From a virus (lineage: Duplodnaviria > Caudoviricetes), in the IMG/VR virus record IMGVR_UViG_3300020151_000735, positions 1 through 33,499 of that record: a DNA stretch of 33,499 nucleotides, one strand, 5' to 3'. Numbering within the stretch: the stretch's first letter is position 1; every line of letters starts with the position of its first letter. Shown here one piece after another: positions 29,901 through 33,499 of the stretch. Position numbers and translations under genes: made by a program. The notes beneath the pieces are model-generated. The model saw only the letters and a list, made by a program, of their open reading frames with translations. It was not told the origin of the DNA and made no database searches.

Positions 29901-30587
29901 CAAAACTATTTTGCGATTACAGAATCTGACAGAAATACATACGTAAGCCAAGGCCTGGCAGTAGGTGATAGGATTAGTGGCACTGGTATTCCTGCAAATA
30001 CTACAATTACTCAGTTACAGTTTTGGTACAATGATGGTGTATTAGGAAATCTTTGGTTCGTAGCTATGAACCAAAATGCCAATGCTAATGTTAACGGTAA
30101 TAGCACATTGACTGTGACCAAGGCTTATAACACCACAGCTACTTCGGTTCTATTCTTCCAAAGTGCTAGTTGGATAAGTGCTGGAGCAACTACAGGTACT
30201 GAAGTAGACGATACTACTAAGTTTCCAGGCGGTACTTTTGTAAGTAATGCTGTATCGCAAAGTTATTTTGGAACAGCATACTTTCGTGTGAACTTTAACC
30301 AATCCAGCATAGGAGCAGCATTTACGCCAGGAACAACTACCGTACAATTCAAATTTGGTATTCCTCCTTTTGCGCTGCCTGGCGAAACTGTTTTCTCATT
30401 CGTTGCTGGCCCTGGAACGACCAGTGTACTTAGTTTAAATGAATTGAAAGAACTTACAAATACCACGCTAGGTGGTCGAGGAACTTATCCTAACGGACCA
30501 GACGTACTAGCCGTTAACGTGTATAAGGTATCTGGAGCAACAATTAACGCCAACATTGTTATACGTTGGGGTGAAGCGCAAGCTTAA
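23901..30587 (+). CDS. Giant virion structural protein with four N-terminal KCxRD helical domains, HG(F/L) beta modules, three GxGY repeats and a conserved-looking YIRYQSGKG...YTWYGAG domain
   Basis: 2228 aa, GGGG RBS. Shares helical and GGATPANN modules with 9558..15290. Confidence 0.82.
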   Translation: MSKKRIQNYVFLPGVASSSNAYPDAYTLLTNNKEFIKKEATAFISNSITTDQAINLNINAVTLLTNNKEFLKKEIRAYIASRVTASTGPFAGFTYDADKCERDVGYIIDAYIYDLRYGGNEQIRYVAAQYWLGGTPQVDGSRQAEIWAHTKLRDIIIKNVFTRTLYSTEQVGGVAQNTSGADAETHMQQRLSSLSEILLDVITNGLSVLQEINSYPNAVSLLTRNKEFLKEEITAWIATQVAGNIAPFVGFTYDTLKCKRDVGYVIEAYIYDLNNDGTEKTREVAQQYWLGGIAQIDGDRSAEIAAHTRLATIINSNILTKILLTTVQNPVITNQDITGVSAEAGTTTIISTLSGIFLNVLQNGLVGLSATNLKPNAVTLLTNNKEFLKDEITAWIATQVAGSIAPFVGYTYDAAKCKRDVGYIIDGYIYDIRYGGKEGTRDIISQYWVGTTAQVDGNRAPEVAAHNKLRDIINNNILPKTSYTSVQSPVTSTQNTSGSAGEAGTTTIVTSLASVVTGVIANGLSSLPVVPLTQSLRNFAGYVYDTSKCERDIGYVLDAYANDLRYGGNIEIRFVASRYWEGQTPQVDGDRRPEIKTHEFIRNLINSFIFTQATYTPLQGTVSRYTNGGITYESNAPARIYTLEDILSSVIENGLSSIPSRSNGVTQLKIQGKINLEEVLLITNTTNNQILYNFSSSEYGAEIDYFATYNSNGFYRDEDYPSFLQTADYVTTITLDADTSTSSSSDDVQIFVETNELTIRPWDFGTDAIERMRVATPQSMLDADFEYGLQPTKWQAIGLLRQYPSVYEIPGTDTTVSSVVTDASTGTGNIGASLITVTTQGPHGFILGTPITIKALANTITGFSRAEGTFLVNSVPTTTTFTYYSASKVGTTNGQVLATTYTQLRKAAFYTGASVGAPVFSVYSPGSVGTITSEFITTSGSDQIAFTGSAPSLGAPLTASGINPGTQVSGIVGTGGIAASTTVLTTVNSGATSFDISNPSGVLEGLAIDNGSGTAIFVNGLSGSTVSLSGPITANLVGDTAVYTNVAGVTSAASGSSAQFDVSRISNAYGDVAITSAGTGYNLGDQILITGNNLGGATPANNLTITVTNTNLSGGITDISWTGTSIVVSVIETAYPQDSTSGSGLGSTWDIIRTDANDSTGNGGTYSISVNNVGTGFAPGNTITLLGTSFGGTSPTNDITITVLSVDSGTGVETIITSGTAVGTDQTFTSLSGTNVPNDGLGATFDVTRTGGSYTIVNFNNSGTGYDVGNLITILGTDLEGTSPANDIEVTVQSVSAGSISSLTATGTAVNGSAADFYSALTLSEVTTGAIADGTSISYAAISGIQVEFATAHGLVPGASITTSISSNGTNHGYAAGPFFVESVPTPTRIRYTARTSGTVDTSSVALTGTVYTRSDAYFIHRPYDGGVQLGTGGPQHGAQAIRMSKKYIRYQSGKGVMYTTGALFAPSYDLQSLTATGTAIGSYITIITDDVDHGCQVGGVIKIKGVETAGYNGTYTVADIVNERQFRVQAQTVLSNVYATLSGQSQMSLVNWHGATVRAGVFDEQNGMFWQYNGQTLSVGRRTSTFQLAGTVSIPRDTNLITGTNTRFRDQLQAGDKIVIKGMTHTVSNVDSQTSMTVTPDYRGAVDATSSKLCKVEDIIIPQNEFNMDRLDGNGPSGYNVDVSTMQMIGIQYTWYGAGFIDYMLRGSNGNYVFVHRIRNSNTNTEAYMRTGNLPVRYEVINESAVDKLVSSITATQTTVPLVNATNFPNESGVIMIDNELIAFTGKSGNTLTGCTRAAPMTNFVAGASRTFTAGSASTHEYNTGVVLVSNTISPIISHWGSAFLTDGLFDEDRGYLFNYAATNVAITTTKKTAFLIRLAPSVSNAIVGDLGERELLNRAQLLLKGIEITADTGTGGIVVEGVLNPQNYPISPSDIAWQGLQGSAQGGQPSFSQIAPGGSVVWSQASQTTATATTLAFPTGSITARALTWRSNRSLENGQNYFAITESDRNTYVSQGLAVGDRISGTGIPANTTITQLQFWYNDGVLGNLWFVAMNQNANANVNGNSTLTVTKAYNTTATSVLFFQSASWISAGATTGTEVDDTTKFPGGTFVSNAVSQSYFGTAYFRVNFNQSSIGAAFTPGTTTVQFKFGIPPFALPGETVFSFVAGPGTTSVLSLNELKELTNTTLGGRGTYPNGPDVLAVNVYKVSGATINANIVIRWGEAQA
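23964..25877 (+). repeat. Alpha-helical repeats of 158-159 aa with an invariant Cys (KC(E/K)RD(V/I)GY)
   Basis: Cys codons at 24198, 24672, 25149 and 25545 (residues 100, 258, 417, 549). LLT(N/R)NKEF(L/I)K occurs four times. Confidence 0.9.
27060..27830 (+). repeat. Three GxGY beta-sandwich repeats (A.FDV.R...GTGY..G..I.I.G..LGG..P.ND(I/L).I.V)
   Basis: GGATPANNL, GGTSPTNDI and EGTSPANDI. A fourth copy lies in the 1910-aa gene at about 13230-13445. Confidence 0.8.
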
Positions 30588-31033
30588 AGACTGTCAGAGA
30601 TATCTATGATAGATTGGATCTTAGTTTGAATAATTTTATTACGAAGACTGAGGTCCAATGCTTTATGTAAAGGTTTAGGTAAAGCATTCAAACTAAACCA
30701 TCCCCATGCTAAATGCTCTTCACTTAAAGTAGGAATGAACTCGTTATCTACTACACAGAAGAAAGAATGAAAATTAAAAAGACTGTCATTACTGACAAAT
30801 TTTTCTAAAGGTATTGTTTTTTTAATATCAGGAAAGTGTCCTAATTCTTCAGTAATTTCTCGTTGAAGACCCTGCCAAGCAGTTTCATTATAGTTATTAG
30901 TTCCACCTACTAATCCCCAAGTTTTAGAATGTTTACCATCTTTCTTTTGTAATAACAAAAATCTTTTGGTAACTTTGGAAAAAATTAATGCTCCAGAACA
31001 ATCAATAATATCATTTATAGTTCTAGTCTCCAT
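30584..31033 (-). CDS. Nudix hydrolase
   Basis: Complete Nudix box G-TNNYN-E-TAWQGLQ-RE-IT-EE-LG, preceded by WGLVG. Also EEHLAWGWF. Confidence 0.92.
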   Translation of the reverse strand: METRTINDIIDCSGALIFSKVTKRFLLLQKKDGKHSKTWGLVGGTNNYNETAWQGLQREITEELGHFPDIKKTIPLEKFVSNDSLFNFHSFFCVVDNEFIPTLSEEHLAWGWFSLNALPKPLHKALDLSLRNKIIQTKIQSIIDISDSL

Positions 31034-32415
31034 TCGCCTCTCGCATATTCGCCTTCAAAACTTTTCACCCAACTTATACCATTCCACTTGTACTGTACAA
31101 GTGTATATATATTAGTTTGATAAATCAAGTTTTCTGAATTATCTTTTGCACTAAACACTATATGCCATTGTGCTCCATCCCATTCGATGATGTCGTTGGC
31201 TTCTGCCACAAAGTCGCTGTTATCAGAGTTCTTCCATGCGTCCGGTCCATCAGAATTATTGATGTCTCCAATGTCATCGATAATCAGATACCTAGTTCCT
31301 GCGCTAGGAGTCAACCCAGATCCGTTTGGTCCTAAATTCAACGGATCGACTACTGCATCAAAAGTTCCCCAACCTGTGCTAGGTCTGGAAGGACCAGTTA
31401 TTGCATCATTAGTAGGGTAGGTATCTTCGTCCCAATTAGCGACCATTATAGTTTCATCGTTGGCTAAAGGACTTAGCGTAACGTATCCTACTACTTCTGA
31501 CTCGTCTTCTTGGTATAAGAATACTCTGCTCAACCCAGCTCTATATTTTCCAGGATATTGATCTAAAATTATGCGCCAATTTAAGTAACCGCCTATTCCG
31601 TCGTTGGCAGTTAATTTTACACTATTCCCAGTTACTATTAATCCTAGGTTTCCGCAATTTACTTTTTCAGTTGCAACTGTTTGAGAAATATCAACTGTGC
31701 CAGCATTAACATCTACACCTAATCCGTCGATGTATCCAGGATCTGCTTCGCCTACTGATCCAAAAATGTTAGCAATAATGTTTGTTACAATTCCTAATTT
31801 TTTTACCTTAGCTGGAGGAGTCAACCATATAGGAGTTTTTAATAGTAATGTTGCTATGTCAATACTAATGTTAGTACCTTGAGGTATGGATCTGCTAGAA
31901 AACGTTACATCCTCTAATTCTACTACAGTTAAACTAGTCCAATCAAGATAATTATCAGTACTTTGAATTTCTAAACTTGGATTAAAAAATGTTAAAATTT
32001 GTTCTAAAATTTGTAATTTTTGTTCTGTACTAGACGACCAAATGTCTACTTTAATACTTAGATTAAAAGGTGTAGGCATCAGTCGTTCAACAGTGTATTG
32101 GGAGCCTTGCGTACTTGTGTATTCTCCTGTTTCTATATCTCTTTCTCTAATATGCACTTTGCCTACATAAGTAGCATCGCCTAGTCTGTTTCTATCTAGA
32201 TCCAGATCTGTAATATACACAGCAATTTTAGGTGCGCCCATTACTGTGTTCTCACTATTTTGATTAACAATACTAGCAGCTTGCCTGTCTGGATCTCCGT
32301 AAACAACAGGTACCCTTACTAAAGTTCCATCACTATATTTCACTGTAAAGTTACTGAACAATCTTATTATCTGAACCAAGTAACGTCTTATCTGACCATC
32401 ATAAAAAAATTCCAT
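31015..32415 (-). CDS. T4 gp15-like tail sheath stabiliser/terminator with a C-terminal extension
   Basis: FFYDGQIRRY..Q..RLFSN..V...VPVVYG and PTPFNL...DIW....QKLQILEQILTFFNP resemble the T4 gp15 family. Follows a gp14-like gene, as in T4. Confidence 0.8.
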   Translation of the reverse strand: MEFFYDGQIRRYLVQIIRLFSNFTVKYSDGTLVRVPVVYGDPDRQAASIVNQNSENTVMGAPKIAVYITDLDLDRNRLGDATYVGKVHIRERDIETGEYTSTQGSQYTVERLMPTPFNLSIKVDIWSSSTEQKLQILEQILTFFNPSLEIQSTDNYLDWTSLTVVELEDVTFSSRSIPQGTNISIDIATLLLKTPIWLTPPAKVKKLGIVTNIIANIFGSVGEADPGYIDGLGVDVNAGTVDISQTVATEKVNCGNLGLIVTGNSVKLTANDGIGGYLNWRIILDQYPGKYRAGLSRVFLYQEDESEVVGYVTLSPLANDETIMVANWDEDTYPTNDAITGPSRPSTGWGTFDAVVDPLNLGPNGSGLTPSAGTRYLIIDDIGDINNSDGPDAWKNSDNSDFVAEANDIIEWDGAQWHIVFSAKDNSENLIYQTNIYTLVQYKWNGISWVKSFEGEYARGEWRLEL

Positions 32416-32416
32416 A

Positions 32417-33499
32417 TTAGAAATCCGCCTTTGGTTTTAACGCTTTACTTAAGCTTTGTTTTTCAGTAACAACTTGTTCGTTAATGACATTAGTGTTAGT
32501 ATTATTAATAAAACTAGTTCTTTGAGTTTGACGAGTATCTGTATTTGTCAATGTATGTCTCACTGCATCTTCTTTCTTGATCCATCGAGCACCATTAAAT
32601 CTAAATAATCTATTAGGAAAAAAATCAGTTCTTAAAAAATAATCCCCTTCTTTAGCATCAAGAGGAAATGCAATTCCATGTCCAAATAGTGCATACCCGT
32701 TATCAGGAATACCGTCTTCAACAAGATAACCAGTGTATCCTGCTCGTTGCGGCCTTTTATGAATAGATCCTGCATCTGGACTGTTAGATGTTTCTTGACT
32801 AGCATCTGTTAGCATATCATCTACTGTTGTTAAGAGAGGTCTACCATTCGATGGATCTACGGCCAACGTATAAAATTGCTGTGTTTCATAACCGCTTTTA
32901 GGCGTATTTGTTTCTGCTTCAGAAAGAATAGCATCGTTAATTTGTAAATCTTTTCCGCTAGTACTAATAATATCTTTAATAGTTTGTGTATAGCAGTTTT
33001 TCCAAGTAGAACTATCGCCTGGCTCAACATTAGTATTTTCTTCATTTGCAGTGTAAAACACACCATTGTGTCGAACTGTTTCGCCCGCATAATAAACTTT
33101 AGTTGAAACATAATCGCCTACAAAGGTAACATCTTGATCTGTAGGTCGGTTTAAAATATCTACATACTGTTGACTGTCGCTTATTTTTTTTAATTTTAGT
33201 CTATAAAGGTGAGGCCACCAAGTTACACTAAATCCTTCAGCAGCTCTGCCTACATCTTCTATGACAAAATAACGAGGCATGCTTGTATCGAAATCATTTA
33301 AGGCAAAATTATCTTTAAGATGAACAAATTCTAATACATCTCCAGGCATTGGTTTACGCCCTACTACATTAATAAAATCGTTAATATGCACGGTCATATA
33401 AACCATGTCATTATCTAAAAATAACCCAAATTGGCTTAGATTAAAATCAATATCTTGTACTTGATAATGACCACGAACTCTATAAATGTCAGTATCATA
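32417..33499 (-). CDS. T4 gp14-like neck protein (5'-truncated by the window end)
   Basis: The frame stays open beyond 33406 to the window edge (YDTDIYRVRGHYQVQDIDFNLSQFGLFLDNDM...). LSQFGL and KPMPGDVLEF resemble gp14 motifs, and the gene lies upstream of the gp15-like gene. Confidence 0.7.
   Translation of the reverse strand, partial: YDTDIYRVRGHYQVQDIDFNLSQFGLFLDNDMVYMTVHINDFINVVGRKPMPGDVLEFVHLKDNFALNDFDTSMPRYFVIEDVGRAAEGFSVTWWPHLYRLKLKKISDSQQYVDILNRPTDQDVTFVGDYVSTKVYYAGETVRHNGVFYTANEENTNVEPGDSSTWKNCYTQTIKDIISTSGKDLQINDAILSEAETNTPKSGYETQQFYTLAVDPSNGRPLLTTVDDMLTDASQETSNSPDAGSIHKRPQRAGYTGYLVEDGIPDNGYALFGHGIAFPLDAKEGDYFLRTDFFPNRLFRFNGARWIKKEDAVRHTLTNTDTRQTQRTSFINNTNTNVINEQVVTEKQSLSKALKPKADF

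Noticed and set aside
461-30466. Many short minus-strand ORFs under the large genes (e.g. 23208..23804, 26084..26455, 13286..13606)
   Set aside because: They are antisense shadows of Thr/Gly/Asn-rich coding sequence, with no recognisable motifs, and overlap well-supported CDSs entirely or almost entirely.
1-33499. Stop-codon reassignment or selenocysteine use
   Set aside because: All genes read through intact in the standard code. Eighteen of 19 end in TAA and one in TGA. The lack of TAG stops is unremarkable in an AT-rich genome, and no gene is broken by an in-frame TAG or TGA.
1-33499. CRISPR arrays, tRNA/rRNA genes, introns, inteins, transposases
   Set aside because: Intergenic gaps are all under 80 nt, repeats are coding and in frame, and inserted protein domains lack intein splice motifs or homing-endonuclease signatures.

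Overview
This AT-rich window is the virion-structure region of a large T4-like (myovirus-type) bacteriophage, with 19 credible CDSs. The + strand (1-30587) carries very large modular tail or fibre-type genes built from FG-GAP, CBM5/12-like, beta-helix, BNR and GxGY modules, plus small partner proteins. It also carries three tandem paralogues of about 10-12% Cys, a Tfa-like chaperone, and a GT9-like glycosyltransferase/NodU-CmcH carbamoyltransferase pair. Converging on the - strand are a gp14-like neck gene (truncated by the window), a gp15-like tail terminator and a Nudix hydrolase. T4-type late promoter cores (TATAAATA/ATAAATA/CTAAATA) precede several structural genes. Three observations stand out. 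(1) Six copies of an alpha-helical domain (158-159 aa where tandem), carrying a phycobiliprotein-like KCxRD(I/V)GY-x6-Y-x-L-x2-GG motif, sit in two virion proteins in tandem, nested and circularly permuted forms. (2) The Cys-rich trio lies directly next to two modifying enzymes. (3) The enzyme pair has its own sigma70-type promoter and is bracketed by two hairpins, the second with a late-promoter core in its loop. All family calls are by-eye motif recognition; no database search was run, and novelty cannot be confirmed from the sequence alone.
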